Positions 28,633 through 39,524 are shown, counted from the stretch's first letter. The stretch is DNA of 64,000 nt from an uncultured Desulfovibrionaceae bacterium (GCA_964368075.1 CAYJAD010000005.1:2755-66754), one strand, 5' to 3'. Translations and numbers: made by a program. Notes: generated by a model not told the origin, from the sequence alone.

Positions 28633-29637
28633 TTATAAAAAAAAGTCTTGCACCTGCTCGTGATCATGAAATATTTCTTGCCATGGGGCAGGGCAACGTA
28701 TTTGTTTTGCTTCGCCACCGCGCAAGGTAAATTCCAATTGCCCGTGATGTAGAAGGAAGCTTTCTTCTTGAGGAACCGTGCGTTGAATATAACGCAAATC
28801 TTGGAAAAGAGGAAAACCCGCATGGGCGGCATGGGCTCGAATTTGATGTCTAGCCCCTTTTTGAATGGTACAGCCCATGAGCGTTAGGGGGGGTGCAGGA
28901 AACTCTTGGGGGAAAGCCGGAAAATACTCACGTAAGGCTTCATATTCTTTGGCGAGAATAGGGCCTAAAGGTTGAAAGTGTGTATGACGCAAAGAGGGGG
29001 CTTCTTGTGCAAGCACCTTGGAAATTTTTCTTTTATGTGTATCTAGCGCATAGCGTACGCAGGTGCTTTTTGTTACTTCTCCTTGCTCTGCATGCACAAG
29101 AGCCAGATATTTTTTCTGGCAACGACCGGCATTTTCTAATTCTTGCCATACATGTACACTGCCTTCAGTTTCAGACACAACCACAATGCCTGAAGTGTGC
29201 GCATCAAGCCTGTTGCACACAAAAAAGGGGCGATTTTTAAAATACGCTAGAGCTAAAATATCTTCTAAGCTTTTACCCCCCCCGGCAATGCGTACCGTGT
29301 GCAATCCACTGGGTTTTGCAAAAAAATGCCATTGCATATAAGAACCTATGCAATAGGGCATATGCAAAGCGGCTAAGGCTCTGTGCAAAGCACTATCTGT
29401 ATGCGGCCAAGGTGCGTTGCTTTCTTGCGGCTCTACTTCCTTGGGGCCAAAGCTTATCCTATCGCCTTGGGTAACGGCATGCCCCGCCGAACAGACTTTT
29501 CCATTAACTAGCACTTGCCAGCTATCCCAAATACGCCGCCTTTCGCGCGTAGAAGCATGGGGGAAAAGGGCAAGTAATGCTTTGTCTAAGCGATGCCCGT
29601 TTTGCTGCTCTGTTATAATAAGAATAAGTTTTTCCAT
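28633..29637 (-). CDS. RluA-family pseudouridine synthase (RluD/RluC-like, S4 domain)
   Basis: NRLDAHTSGIVVV catalytic Asp motif, KKYLALV and GARHQIRAH. The N-terminus is S4-like. Confidence 0.85.
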   Translation of the reverse strand: MEKLILIITEQQNGHRLDKALLALFPHASTRERRRIWDSWQVLVNGKVCSAGHAVTQGDRISFGPKEVEPQESNAPWPHTDSALHRALAALHMPYCIGSYMQWHFFAKPSGLHTVRIAGGGKSLEDILALAYFKNRPFFVCNRLDAHTSGIVVVSETEGSVHVWQELENAGRCQKKYLALVHAEQGEVTKSTCVRYALDTHKRKISKVLAQEAPSLRHTHFQPLGPILAKEYEALREYFPAFPQEFPAPPLTLMGCTIQKGARHQIRAHAAHAGFPLFQDLRYIQRTVPQEESFLLHHGQLEFTLRGGEAKQIRCPAPWQEIFHDHEQVQDFFL

Positions 29638-29743
29638 GAGAATATATTATAAAGTAAATGGTTATGGAGAAAGCATAAGAAAATCCTGTATCTCTAATTT
29701 TTAAAGGGAGGAGAGAGAATAGAAACTCCCTCCTCCATAAAAA

Positions 29744-32674
29744 TTAGAGTAACTTTTCTACATGCCAGTTTTCTTCTTGCGCTGTTTTTTGTGCAAGGCT
29801 GCCGCCAAGTACGCAAGTGCGACCATGAGTACGCACCTCATCCATAATTTCTGCAAAATCATGAAAATGCTGCTTGGTAGTAGCAAGTACCTCATCGCGC
29901 ATTTTTTGGCGGGCTTCATCGTCATCGCCGCACAGATATCGACTTAGTGAGGCACTGCCTTTGGCATCGGGAAGAAGATAAGTATCTAGGTCGCCAATGG
30001 CTCCCACAATGGCGCCAGACAAAGTGCGCGCATCAGGGTTAAAGGCTCGCAAGTAGTCAGAGGTGGCATCATAGGTTTGCAAAGTGCCTTTTACGGCGGG
30101 GTCCCGATAAGAAGCTTGCACAAGGGTACCACTGAGCCGGTCTAAAGCGCAAAATGCACCATAGGCGCCACCGAGTACACGTACTTTTTCCCAGAGATAT
30201 CCCATGCGTAGATGACGCAAAATTACCAGTGCCGAGCCGTGGAAATTGTAACCTAATTCATATAAATTTGCACCCTTGGCCACATAGTTAATTTGGGTTG
30301 GTGCGGTAAAGGCTTCAGCTGTGGGCAGTGCTGGGCAGTGCCACGGAGCCGTCGCAAGCAGTTCTTTTTGTGGCAGGGCGCGCATAAGTGATGCGGCTTT
30401 GTCTTCAATATGGCGAAGGCTTGAGGCGTCGGCGGTGCTGTCCACAAGGCAGGTGTTGCCACGTACGATGAGCCCATAAACTTCTTGTAGATCCGCAAGA
30501 AGTTCAGGCCAATTATCTTCTGCCTTTTGGTGTAATTGACGCACGGCCTTTAAATAACTAATACCGCCGGTGAGTTCTTCTAACCAGCCGGTTTGTGTAT
30601 AACTGGCACGAATTCTAGAGGAAACAGCGCCATGTCCCGCAGCCACAAGGCCATGTTCCATACGTGCTTTAGCTTCAAGAAGCATTTGGCAGAAGCGTTC
30701 TTGTTGGTCAAAGTTAGGGTTCAATAAAATTTCGTGTAAAATATCAAAAAGCGCATTGACTTTATCGCGCACAGCTTTGCCGCCTACAGAAAGATAGGTG
30801 AGGGGGGCTTTGCTTTGGCTATGTGTGCTTAAAAGAGGGTGAGCGCCTACACCACCGGTATGTGCCGCTATGCGCATACCCATGCTGACAAAATCGTACT
30901 TTTTGGTACCCATTTCCAAAAGTGCACGCCCTAAAAGTGGCACAAGCGGCATAAGACGCTCGGGCACAGAGGTAAGGGGCAAGAGAAGGTTTACATAGGC
31001 TACCCCTGAGGTGTCTAAATCGTGGGCAATAAAGGTATGAGAAGGTACGTCTTTTTGTTGCTTTACCTCTATAGGGAGAGGAACATTGCGCAGGGGCAAG
31101 TCTTCCACGCCAATACAAGGAATGGTGGCTAAAGCCTTGGGGCTGTCGGCAGCGGCTTGTAATGCTTGTAAACGCTGAGTTTCTTTTACAAGTTCTTTGC
31201 GCTCATTGGGGCTGCAGGCAGCTTGAATGCGTGCTAGATGCGCTTCTTCTTCCTCTTGGCGCTTTTGTTCAAGGGTCGCATCGGGCAATAAAATAACCGT
31301 GCTGCGATGTTCATTATTTAAGAACCATTCTTTAAGGCAGTTTTCAAAAATTCTTTCCCCTTGAGCTAAGCGTTCTTTAATTTCGGCTAGCGGTTTTTCC
31401 CATGCTAAGGAGGCTAAAGGGTCGCCGTCATAGAGCCATGTGGAAAGGCTTTGCACCATGGCAGATAAGCCACGGGGGAAGCGGCCGGAATTATTTTCAC
31501 GTAAATGAAATTCCACACTGTTTACGGCAGCTTCGATGGCATTTTGGTCTATGCCTTGTATTTCAAGGTCAGCAAGGCTGGCAAGGGTTTCATAAATGAG
31601 CATTTCTGCTTCGGAAATATCTCGCGGACGCACGCCCTTCATACCCACAGAGTAATACATTTGGCGCAGGTCGCTTTCAAGGCCAATGCCGGCGGTGTCT
31701 TCTCCAAGGCCAGATTCAATAAGGGCTTTGCGTAAAGGTGAGCCGGGCAAGCCTTCTAAAATATGCTCCAGCATTTCAAGAATAAGGGCTTGTGTGGTAT
31801 TTGCGGTTTCACAAAGCAACCAGTTAACGGTGAACAGCGCCTTGCTGTTTTCTTCGCTACTGGCGTAGGGTACTTCAATATGTCTTGGCATATCTAGCTT
31901 TTTTTGCAAGGGAATGGCAGATTGTGCTTTTTGTTCTGCTGGTAAAGCCTTAAAGCGCGCAAGTTCTGCCCCTATGATGTCAAGACGTTTTCCTTCCTCG
32001 TCATCGCCCCAAAAGAAAAATCGCGCATTGGAAGGATGATAGTAGGTTGAGTGAAAATTCTTAAAGGCTTCATAGGTGAGAGTTAAGATACTCTTGGGAT
32101 GTCCGCCAGAATCAAGGCTGTAAATCATATCCGGAAACATGGATTGTTGCGATTGCTCTGCTAGAATAGAATCGGGCGAAGAATACACCCCTTTCATTTC
32201 ATTATAGACTACGCCTTTGAAAATCCAAGGTTCATCGGCACTTTCTGCTTCCACGTGCCAGCCTTCTTGGCGAAAAATATCTTCAGTAATACGCGGGTGA
32301 AAAACTGCGTCAATGTATACATCCACAAGGTTATAAAAATCTTGCGTATTGGTGCTTGCCACAGGGTAGCATGTTTTATCCGGAAAAGTGAAAGCATTTA
32401 AAAAGGTTTGTAATGAACCTTTTAACAATTCCACAAAAGGTTCACGTACAGGATATTTTTCTGAACCGCACAGGACAGAGTGTTCTAAAATATGCGCCAC
32501 GCCAGAAGAATCCGGCGGTGGTGTGCGCAAAGTGACGCCAAAGCATTTATTTTCATCGTTATTACTAATGGAAAGCACTTCGGCGCCGGTGGCAATGTGT
32601 TTCCATAATTTGGCTGTACCTGAAACTTCTTGGACATATTCTTCGCGAAGTAAAGTAAAATCTTGTGTATACAT
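29744..32674 (-). CDS. M16-family zinc metallopeptidase (PreP / M16C-like)
   Basis: HILEH inverted zinc motif near the N-terminus. The 976-aa length is typical of PreP-type enzymes. Confidence 0.88.
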   Translation of the reverse strand: MYTQDFTLLREEYVQEVSGTAKLWKHIATGAEVLSISNNDENKCFGVTLRTPPPDSSGVAHILEHSVLCGSEKYPVREPFVELLKGSLQTFLNAFTFPDKTCYPVASTNTQDFYNLVDVYIDAVFHPRITEDIFRQEGWHVEAESADEPWIFKGVVYNEMKGVYSSPDSILAEQSQQSMFPDMIYSLDSGGHPKSILTLTYEAFKNFHSTYYHPSNARFFFWGDDEEGKRLDIIGAELARFKALPAEQKAQSAIPLQKKLDMPRHIEVPYASSEENSKALFTVNWLLCETANTTQALILEMLEHILEGLPGSPLRKALIESGLGEDTAGIGLESDLRQMYYSVGMKGVRPRDISEAEMLIYETLASLADLEIQGIDQNAIEAAVNSVEFHLRENNSGRFPRGLSAMVQSLSTWLYDGDPLASLAWEKPLAEIKERLAQGERIFENCLKEWFLNNEHRSTVILLPDATLEQKRQEEEEAHLARIQAACSPNERKELVKETQRLQALQAAADSPKALATIPCIGVEDLPLRNVPLPIEVKQQKDVPSHTFIAHDLDTSGVAYVNLLLPLTSVPERLMPLVPLLGRALLEMGTKKYDFVSMGMRIAAHTGGVGAHPLLSTHSQSKAPLTYLSVGGKAVRDKVNALFDILHEILLNPNFDQQERFCQMLLEAKARMEHGLVAAGHGAVSSRIRASYTQTGWLEELTGGISYLKAVRQLHQKAEDNWPELLADLQEVYGLIVRGNTCLVDSTADASSLRHIEDKAASLMRALPQKELLATAPWHCPALPTAEAFTAPTQINYVAKGANLYELGYNFHGSALVILRHLRMGYLWEKVRVLGGAYGAFCALDRLSGTLVQASYRDPAVKGTLQTYDATSDYLRAFNPDARTLSGAIVGAIGDLDTYLLPDAKGSASLSRYLCGDDDEARQKMRDEVLATTKQHFHDFAEIMDEVRTHGRTCVLGGSLAQKTAQEENWHVEKLL

Positions 32675-32787
32675 GAAACCCTTCTTAATACACTAAAAAA
32701 GCAGCCCTTATGGAGTGCCTAGTGGTATGGTTATGCGTTATTTATAATGCCTAAAATTTCTTGAGCTGTGCAGAAATATCAATTGTT

Positions 32788-33672
32788 TTACATGCAAAGT
32801 AGGTAAAGAAGTTGTGTGCAAACAATAAGCATTCCAAGGAAGTCTCCATTGTAGCCACCGTACCTACGAGACAGCACACTCAAAAAAAACATGAATAATG
32901 AGCAAATAATAATGGTAATGGCGCCCTTTGTAAAGCTTAAGGGCAGACAAAATAGCAAAGCGAGTAGTCCGTGGCAAAGCGCTTTGAGGCGACTTTTGCC
33001 AGCGCCTACTTTGCCCCCAAGGGATTGCGGGTTTTTGGCAGTATTTAAGCAGATGAAAAGTGTGCAGAGGGTGCGCGAAAAAGCTGGCGCGAGTAGCAGT
33101 GGGATTAGGGCATACAATGCGGAAAAGAGAGAGGTGTTTTGTAAAATATGCGCATTTTTTATGTGCTCAGCCACAGCCAATGTTTCCCCGCCAAGCGCCA
33201 TAATTAAAGCCATGCCGCCAAAAGCTCCCAAACGACTATCTTTTACAATGCGCCAAAAGGTTTCTTGCTGAGCGCTGTCCAAGACAGAAAAATTTTTCCA
33301 TGATAAAGAAAGGCTGGGGCTTCCGCCAAGGCCATCTATCACATCGGCAAGGCCATCGTGGTGCAAGCCTCGGGAAAGCCAAAGATGCGCCAACACGTAG
33401 AACCAAGCCCAAAGTAAGGGAGCAGTGCCATTAAAGAATAAAAAAAGAACAAGGGGGGCTGTGAGTAGGGCGCCTAAAAATAGCCCTACCAGAGAAAAAT
33501 AGTTGATGGACTGGGCAAGCAAAGCATCATGCGCTAAACGCGCTTGCCCAAGTCTGGTCAAAAAGGTAATGGCAAAGCCTAAAGCTGTGCTATGTGCGGT
33601 GTGTGCAGAGGCATGACAGGTTTTGTCATGCTGCTTTGTGGTGCTTGGCTCTGTAAAAGACTCCGGATCCAT
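32788..33672 (-). CDS. cobS: Adenosylcobinamide-GDP ribazoletransferase (cobalamin synthase)
   Basis: HHDGLADVIDGLGG motif in a polytopic membrane protein. The start overlaps the rex stop by 1 nt (TAATG). The N-terminal ~30 aa extension is uncertain. Confidence 0.82.
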   Translation of the reverse strand: MDPESFTEPSTTKQHDKTCHASAHTAHSTALGFAITFLTRLGQARLAHDALLAQSINYFSLVGLFLGALLTAPLVLFLFFNGTAPLLWAWFYVLAHLWLSRGLHHDGLADVIDGLGGSPSLSLSWKNFSVLDSAQQETFWRIVKDSRLGAFGGMALIMALGGETLAVAEHIKNAHILQNTSLFSALYALIPLLLAPAFSRTLCTLFICLNTAKNPQSLGGKVGAGKSRLKALCHGLLALLFCLPLSFTKGAITIIICSLFMFFLSVLSRRYGGYNGDFLGMLIVCTQLLYLLCM

Positions 33673-34310
33673 TAGCTGGAGCGGCTCAACTTAAATGTTA
33701 ATGTGTACAGATGGTGGAAAAAATCCACATATTCTACAAAAACATTGTCGGGGACGCGCACTCGCGCTGGGGCAAAGTTTAAAATACTACGGATGCCAGC
33801 ATCCACAAGATGATCCGCCGCGCGTTGTACTCTTTCAGGTGGGGTGGCAATAAGACCCATTTCTATGTTCAACTCGCCGGCTTTTTCTTTGAGGCGCTTA
33901 GTGCACATGACTTCAAGGTTAAAAACTTTCTCGCCTATTTTAAAAGGGTCGCAATCAAAAGCACCCACAATATGAAAGCCTTTGGCTTTAAACTCGGAGT
34001 GGTTAAGAATTGCGCGCCCCATATTCCCCACGCCCACCAAGGCTAAACGCCATTCACGAGCAATGCCAAGGGCATCGGAAATGGAGGCAATAAGAGCTTT
34101 TACATAATACCCAACACCGCGCACGCCAAATTCACCAAAAAAAGCTAAATCTTTACGTACTTGCGAAGCATTTACGTCACAAGCTTTGGCCAGTGGGTCA
34201 GAAGAGATAACTTCTACCCCTTCTTGCTCTAAGTGTTCCAACACTTGCATATATACGGCAATGCGCTGGATGGTGGCTTTAGGAATATGCGTATTTTTTA
34301 CGTAATCCAT
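33672..34310 (-). CDS. rex: Redox-sensing transcriptional repressor Rex
   Basis: N-terminal IPKATIQRIAVY winged helix and the VGVGNMGRAIL NAD(H)-binding Rossmann motif. Length is 212 aa. Confidence 0.92.
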   Translation of the reverse strand: MDYVKNTHIPKATIQRIAVYMQVLEHLEQEGVEVISSDPLAKACDVNASQVRKDLAFFGEFGVRGVGYYVKALIASISDALGIAREWRLALVGVGNMGRAILNHSEFKAKGFHIVGAFDCDPFKIGEKVFNLEVMCTKRLKEKAGELNIEMGLIATPPERVQRAADHLVDAGIRSILNFAPARVRVPDNVFVEYVDFFHHLYTLTFKLSRSS

Positions 34311-34586
34311 GGGAAACTCCTAACTGGCTACTTACAGAAATGATTATAACTAGTGAGAAAAGTAACTATCTACAGGTAAATACGAAATCATTGTCTGTCA
34401 ATGTGGAATCGTGAAAAAAAACATTAGAGTTTCTCCCACTGATATGGGAAAATAATGTTATTTTTCAGGATACCGTTGTTATTTTGGTGCTTATAATACG
34501 GGAGCTTGGTTTAAGGCTAAAGCGGAAATGAGGCTTCTGTATATTTGCTAAAAGCTACATATACAGAAAATGTGCGTATGGCAAGT

Positions 34587-34622
34587 AAAAAACTCTTACA
34601 CCCATAGATGCAAGAGTTTTTT
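34587..34622 (-). terminator. Hairpin flanked by A/T runs after the 959-aa gene
   Basis: aaaaaactcttac...gcaagagtttttt. Confidence 0.55.
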
Positions 34623-34649
34623 ATGTACTGCCAACAAAAATGTTATGTA

Positions 34650-37529
34650 TTACTTCACTTCTTTGATGGATGTAAAGCTGCGTACATTTTGGCAAAGCTT
34701 TTCTTGTGCTTGCCATTTTTGTTCGTTTTTGTAGTTTACAAGCACTTTTTTTCCTATAAGCTCTTGTATGAGGTCAAGGCGTCCGTGAGTCATAATAAAG
34801 GGCATTTCTTTTTCATTAATTTTCACGACAAAAGAAATTTGTCCGTTTTTATCTTCACGTACAGCGGCTAAAGTTCCGCTTACTGTACCGGCGTTAAGGG
34901 TTTGCTCTGCGCATTTGGTATATTTTCCGCTCCGAATGCCTTTCATGGTGCAAGAACTGCTAAGGCTAAGCGCTATGGAAAATCCATCATTTTCAGGCAC
35001 AAGTGTTAGAAATTCTGTGCGTTCTTTATCAGTGCTTTGGCAGCTAAAGCCAAGGCCTCCGGGGCTACAAATGCCGATAAAAGAACATGTTTCTTGTGAC
35101 ACTATTCCCGTGTTGTGAAGCTCTAAGCTGAAATTTTTTTCTTTATTTGCGTCGGTGGTATTTGTGTTTTGCGTACTGCTAGAAGGAAGCTGTGCCAGAA
35201 TCGCAGAGCCTTGCACGCCTTTTGCGTTGTGTCGATAGTTCCCCATCATTTCTTTTTGAATGAGCACAGCATCGTTGATGCTTATGAGTTGTTTCTCACG
35301 CACACAAGCGCGATCATGCATATTCCACGATTGTTTGTCCTCATAGCTGACAAAAATTTTCTTTCCAACAAAACCTTGGGCTGAAGAGATTTGCTCTTTG
35401 CTTAAGCTTATAAGAATTTTATTGCCATAAGAGTCAATAATCATAGTGGTTTCAGCAAAGCTGTCTTGGTCTATTTCCAGTAAGGTACCTGAAATGGAGG
35501 AAGAACCATAATCTATGCTTTTGCACTTATTATATTTTCCCGACATAAAATTTTTATGCTGGCAGGTGTTGCTGGTATTTTTGGGCACCATAAAGCCTTG
35601 TTCTGTGGGGAGAATTTCAAAGAATTCTTTTTGGTCTTGGTCAAGACTTTTACATATAAAACCATGGCCTTCAGGATAGCACTCACCGGCAAATTGACAA
35701 TTATCTTTTAAGTCTGGGCTGTAATTGTTGAGGTGTACATTAAAAACAGCTTGATTTTCAAAATTTGGCTCAATAAAGGCATAACCGCGCAAGTTGTCAC
35801 CCGTGTGGCTGTAGCCCCCAAGCAATTGTACTTCTGCCAAAGAGGCATCGCTAATGGCAATAATTTCTTTGGAGCGTTTGCAAAAGTTCTTTTCTTCGTC
35901 CCAAATTTGATTTTTATTATAATGTACAAGTACTTTTTTGCCAATCATAGTTTCTAAAAATTCTGCTTGCTCTTTGCTGACAAAGTCTACGGACTCAGAA
36001 CCATCATCGCTAAAACGTGCAATGTAATTTTCTTCTTCGTGAATAATTTCCACAGGAATTACCATCATGGAAAGGGGGCCGTTGGAAGCTTCTTCGCAGC
36101 GCGAATAATCGCCATTTAAAAAGCCTCGGGCGCCGCATAAGTAGGATGGGTTGTTGGCAATGGTAAAGCCATCTTCAGCAGGAAAAATTTCAAAAGTGTC
36201 TTGCATGCCTTCGGTGGGGGTGTTGCTCATGACACAAATATAGCTGTCTTCTTCGTAGGTGCATACGCCGTCATAATGACATAGGTGAAGGGCTTGTACA
36301 TTGACAGTATTTATATTGACCTGCACGCTATCTGTCTTGCCCTCTATGGCTTGAATGCGAGCGCTGCCTTCCATGCCTTGGGCGTTATAGCCATAATTGC
36401 CTACGATATTCGGTACCTCTTTTTTTACTTCGGGCGCTACAACTAAGGTAACCGCAGGTGTTACCGCAGGCGTGATTTTCGGCGTAACTTGAGGTTTTTC
36501 TTTTTGGGGGGCACTGTCTGTCGCTTTAGGGCTTACAGTGTCACTGGGGCTTTTCTTTTCTGAATGCTTGGCTTTGTGTTCATGGGCATGTACATACTCT
36601 ATGCGTATCGCTTTAGGGGCTAGTAGATCTTTTTTCTCAAAAAAAACCTGCGCTTTTTTATCAGCACTGGCAAAATGTATGTTGCCAAGCGCTTTGCCTT
36701 GGGGCACAAGCTGAACAGGCAAACTTTCTGAATATAAAACCACGGGGCGTGGGCCTAAAGCCGATTTGAAATATTTAAGAAAATAGCCGGAGTCGTCATT
36801 TTTTTGCGCTGAAGGAATAGCTACCATGTCCATGGTCAAAGTTGCGGTGATGCTTTTGTCTTTATCATTAAAAACAAGGTCACTCAATTTTGAAGTTAAA
36901 GAAATGGAACCTTTTCCTTGAAAAGAGGCAGGCAATGATCCCATATGATTTTGCGTTTTTTGATATTCTTGTTGCGCGCTGAGAAGGTGCTTGTGTACGG
37001 TGTAATTAAAAATACTTCCTGCTTTTCCCTCCAATAAGAAGGGGAGGGGTTTTTTTTGTAAAATATTTTCTATATGTGTGGAAAAAGTTTCAGGGGCAAA
37101 TTCTTGTGCGGAACCTTTATAAATCAAGGCGATTTTAGCTACAGTAAAATGCTCTACTTTGTCATCAATGGCGAAGGTGAGCAACATATCTAGTGCGAAA
37201 TCTTGTTCTTGCAAGTCGCTTAATATAGTGTCTTGCATTTGTGGATCTGTAATGCCTTGCTCTGTAAGAATATTTTTTACAATCAAGGGGGTGTCGTATT
37301 GGCAACGGTAAGTCACCACTTGTTTGCCGCCTTCAGGTTGGCTGCGCCAATCGCCGTTTTGGCAAAGACGATAGTTGTCAAGAGCCTTCTCAATCAAAAC
37401 ATTACTGTTTTTTGTGAAAGTGCTTTCCTGGACGAGGTCAATTTTTTTATCGCTAAAAAATGCCTGGCCATGCACAGGAAAAAGTGTCAGCGCTAATACA
37501 ACGAGGGGAAGTAATGAAAACATTTTCAT
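34650..37529 (-). CDS. Large secreted protein with three ~195-aa Cys-patterned tandem repeats
   Basis: Signal peptide MKMFSLLPLVVLALTLFPVHGQA, then a Pro/Thr/Val linker at aa 325-372. Repeats span aa 375-566, 567-757 and 758-959, each with the pattern C-x5-C-x8-C-x29/32-C-x12-C-x71/72-C and the motifs FEI.P.E.GF and IGKK..V.Y...Q.W. Confidence 0.8.
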   Translation of the reverse strand: MKMFSLLPLVVLALTLFPVHGQAFFSDKKIDLVQESTFTKNSNVLIEKALDNYRLCQNGDWRSQPEGGKQVVTYRCQYDTPLIVKNILTEQGITDPQMQDTILSDLQEQDFALDMLLTFAIDDKVEHFTVAKIALIYKGSAQEFAPETFSTHIENILQKKPLPFLLEGKAGSIFNYTVHKHLLSAQQEYQKTQNHMGSLPASFQGKGSISLTSKLSDLVFNDKDKSITATLTMDMVAIPSAQKNDDSGYFLKYFKSALGPRPVVLYSESLPVQLVPQGKALGNIHFASADKKAQVFFEKKDLLAPKAIRIEYVHAHEHKAKHSEKKSPSDTVSPKATDSAPQKEKPQVTPKITPAVTPAVTLVVAPEVKKEVPNIVGNYGYNAQGMEGSARIQAIEGKTDSVQVNINTVNVQALHLCHYDGVCTYEEDSYICVMSNTPTEGMQDTFEIFPAEDGFTIANNPSYLCGARGFLNGDYSRCEEASNGPLSMMVIPVEIIHEEENYIARFSDDGSESVDFVSKEQAEFLETMIGKKVLVHYNKNQIWDEEKNFCKRSKEIIAISDASLAEVQLLGGYSHTGDNLRGYAFIEPNFENQAVFNVHLNNYSPDLKDNCQFAGECYPEGHGFICKSLDQDQKEFFEILPTEQGFMVPKNTSNTCQHKNFMSGKYNKCKSIDYGSSSISGTLLEIDQDSFAETTMIIDSYGNKILISLSKEQISSAQGFVGKKIFVSYEDKQSWNMHDRACVREKQLISINDAVLIQKEMMGNYRHNAKGVQGSAILAQLPSSSTQNTNTTDANKEKNFSLELHNTGIVSQETCSFIGICSPGGLGFSCQSTDKERTEFLTLVPENDGFSIALSLSSSCTMKGIRSGKYTKCAEQTLNAGTVSGTLAAVREDKNGQISFVVKINEKEMPFIMTHGRLDLIQELIGKKVLVNYKNEQKWQAQEKLCQNVRSFTSIKEVK

Positions 37530-37967
37530 GGTAAAAAGTCTCCTTGCAAAAAATATGTCCGCTCATAAAGTGTATGGCATCATAAAGAAGGATGTGCCAA
37601 GAATTGCGCAAAATCCTTTGTGATGACATGTAACCGTATACATACTCTATATATAATGGAGTTTGTGCTGTGTGTATCAATGCGCAGCACAAAGGTATCC
37701 TATGCTAGACTTATAAGGAACCTTATGCATACATAAAGCATGCTTTTTTTCTGCTGTCAATATTTAGAGTTCAGGGCAAATGTTTTTTTTGCGTGATTTT
37801 GCTAAATTTACAAACTTGGCAAAGTAAAAAAACAGCGCTTTGTTAACCTCTTCTCTAAGAGGAAAAGTGTTCGTAGGCTGAGCAGAAAATAAAAAAAATC
37901 CTTTGCCATCTTGCTTCTTAAGAAACAATGCTTATTTAATCATATGGTTAAAACCAAAGAAAACGCC

Positions 37968-37996
37968 TTGACATTTTAAGTCTTTTTGCTTATGTT
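37968..37996 (+). promoter_or_regulatory. Sigma-70-like promoter upstream of guaB
   Basis: TTGACA (37968-37973), then 17 nt, then TATGTT (37991-37996), 47 nt before the guaB ATG. Confidence 0.5.
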
Positions 37997-38042
37997 GTCG
38001 CCTTCAAGTTAAATAACAATCACAACAGTTTACGAGGATACC

Positions 38043-39494
38043 ATGCCTACGAACATTGGCAAAGCCCTGACCTTTGATGACATTTTGTTGCTTCCCGGAT
38101 ATTCCGAGGTGACCCCTGACCTTGTTGATATTAGCACCCAACTTACTAATTCCATTACCTTGCGCATCCCCATGCTTTCTGCTGCCATGGATACGGTAAC
38201 AGAATCTGCCATGGCCATTTCTATGGCGCGTATGGGTGGTATTGGTATTGTCCATAAAAATATGTCCATTGAAAAACAGCGTTTACAGATTGAAAAAGTA
38301 AAAAAATCTGAAAGCGGTATGATTCTAGACCCCATTACGGTGGCTTCTAGCGACACAGTGAAAAAAGCCTTAGATCTTATGGCAGATTATCGTGTGTCCG
38401 GCTTGCCGGTGGTGGATGGTGATACCTTGGTTGGTATTTTAACGAACCGCGATGTACGTTTTATTCAAGATGGCAGTCAAACCCTTGTGCGTGAAGTTAT
38501 GACTTCTGAAAATTTGGTCACTGTACCTATAGGAACCACTTTAGAAGAAGCAAAAGAGCATTTGCATAGACATAGAATTGAAAAGCTCTTGGTGGTAGAT
38601 GGGGACAAACGCTTGCGTGGCCTCATTACCATGAAAGATATTGATAAGGTACAAAAGTACCCCACCTCTTGTAAGGACGATAAAGGACGCTTGCGTGTGG
38701 GCGCCGCCATTGGCGTGGGTAATTTAGAAAGAGCCGAAGCTCTTTTAGATGCTGGTGCCGACGTTTTGGTGCTAGACTCTGCCCATGGACATTCTTCCAA
38801 TGTGCTGCGTAGCATTGAAGCCATTAAAGCTGCCTTTCCGCATTGTCAACTGGTGGCAGGTAATGTGGGCACTTATGAAGGTGCCAAGGCCATATTTAAA
38901 GCCGGTGCAGATACTGTAAAAGTAGGCATTGGCCCTGGTTCTATTTGTACTACGCGCATAGTGGCCGGTGTAGGTGTACCGCAAGTGACAGCCATACAAG
39001 AAGCTGCCAGAGCCGCCAAAGAATTTGACCGTTGCTGTATTGCTGACGGTGGTATTAAATTCTCTGGTGATATAGTCAAAGCCCTTGCTATGGGCGCGCA
39101 AACCATTATGATCGGTGGTCTTTTTGCCGGCACCGAAGAAAGCCCCGGTGAAACCATTTTATATCAAGGTCGTACCTATAAAATCTACCGTGGTATGGGC
39201 TCCATTGACGCCATGAAAGAAGGTTCATCTGACAGATATTTCCAAGAAGCTACTAAGAAACTTGTGCCTGAGGGCATTGTAGGGCGTGTGCCTTATCGTG
39301 GTGGCGTTATGGATTCTATTTATCAGCTTATGGGCGGCTTGCGTTCTGGCATGGGCTATGTGGGCGCTAAAAATTTAGAAGAATTACGCGAAAAAACACA
39401 GTATTGTGAGATTTCGGCTTCAGGCTTGCGTGAAAGCCATGTGCATGATGTGATTATTACTAAAGAAGCCCCTAATTATCGTATTGATAATTAG
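38043..39494 (+). CDS. guaB: IMP dehydrogenase
   Basis: CBS pair insert, catalytic loop [11 protein letters not shown] and the GGIKFSGD motif. Length is 483 aa. Confidence 0.97.
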   Translation: MPTNIGKALTFDDILLLPGYSEVTPDLVDISTQLTNSITLRIPMLSAAMDTVTESAMAISMARMGGIGIVHKNMSIEKQRLQIEKVKKSESGMILDPITVASSDTVKKALDLMADYRVSGLPVVDGDTLVGILTNRDVRFIQDGSQTLVREVMTSENLVTVPIGTTLEEAKEHLHRHRIEKLLVVDGDKRLRGLITMKDIDKVQKYPTSCKDDKGRLRVGAAIGVGNLERAEALLDAGADVLVLDSAHGHSSNVLRSIEAIKAAFPHCQLVAGNVGTYEGAKAIFKAGADTVKVGIGPGSICTTRIVAGVGVPQVTAIQEAARAAKEFDRCCIADGGIKFSGDIVKALAMGAQTIMIGGLFAGTEESPGETILYQGRTYKIYRGMGSIDAMKEGSSDRYFQEATKKLVPEGIVGRVPYRGGVMDSIYQLMGGLRSGMGYVGAKNLEELREKTQYCEISASGLRESHVHDVIITKEAPNYRIDN

Positions 39495-39524
39495 TCTTCA
39501 CTGAAACGAGATAAGGAATATTCT

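Noticed and set aside
34311-34649. Rex autoregulatory operator upstream of rex.
   Set aside because: No TGTGAA-N6-TTCACA-type palindrome was found by eye in this spacer.
34608-34871. Plus-strand ORF of 87 aa overlapping the 3' end of the 959-aa gene.
   Set aside because: It is antisense to a well-supported CDS, has a Phe/Leu/Lys-rich low-complexity translation, and has no RBS.
37542-37561. Second sigma-54-like sequence (minus strand GGACATATTTTTTGCA) upstream of the 959-aa gene.
   Set aside because: The GG-to-GC spacing is 11 nt rather than 10. The element would also place the transcription start on top of the RBS.
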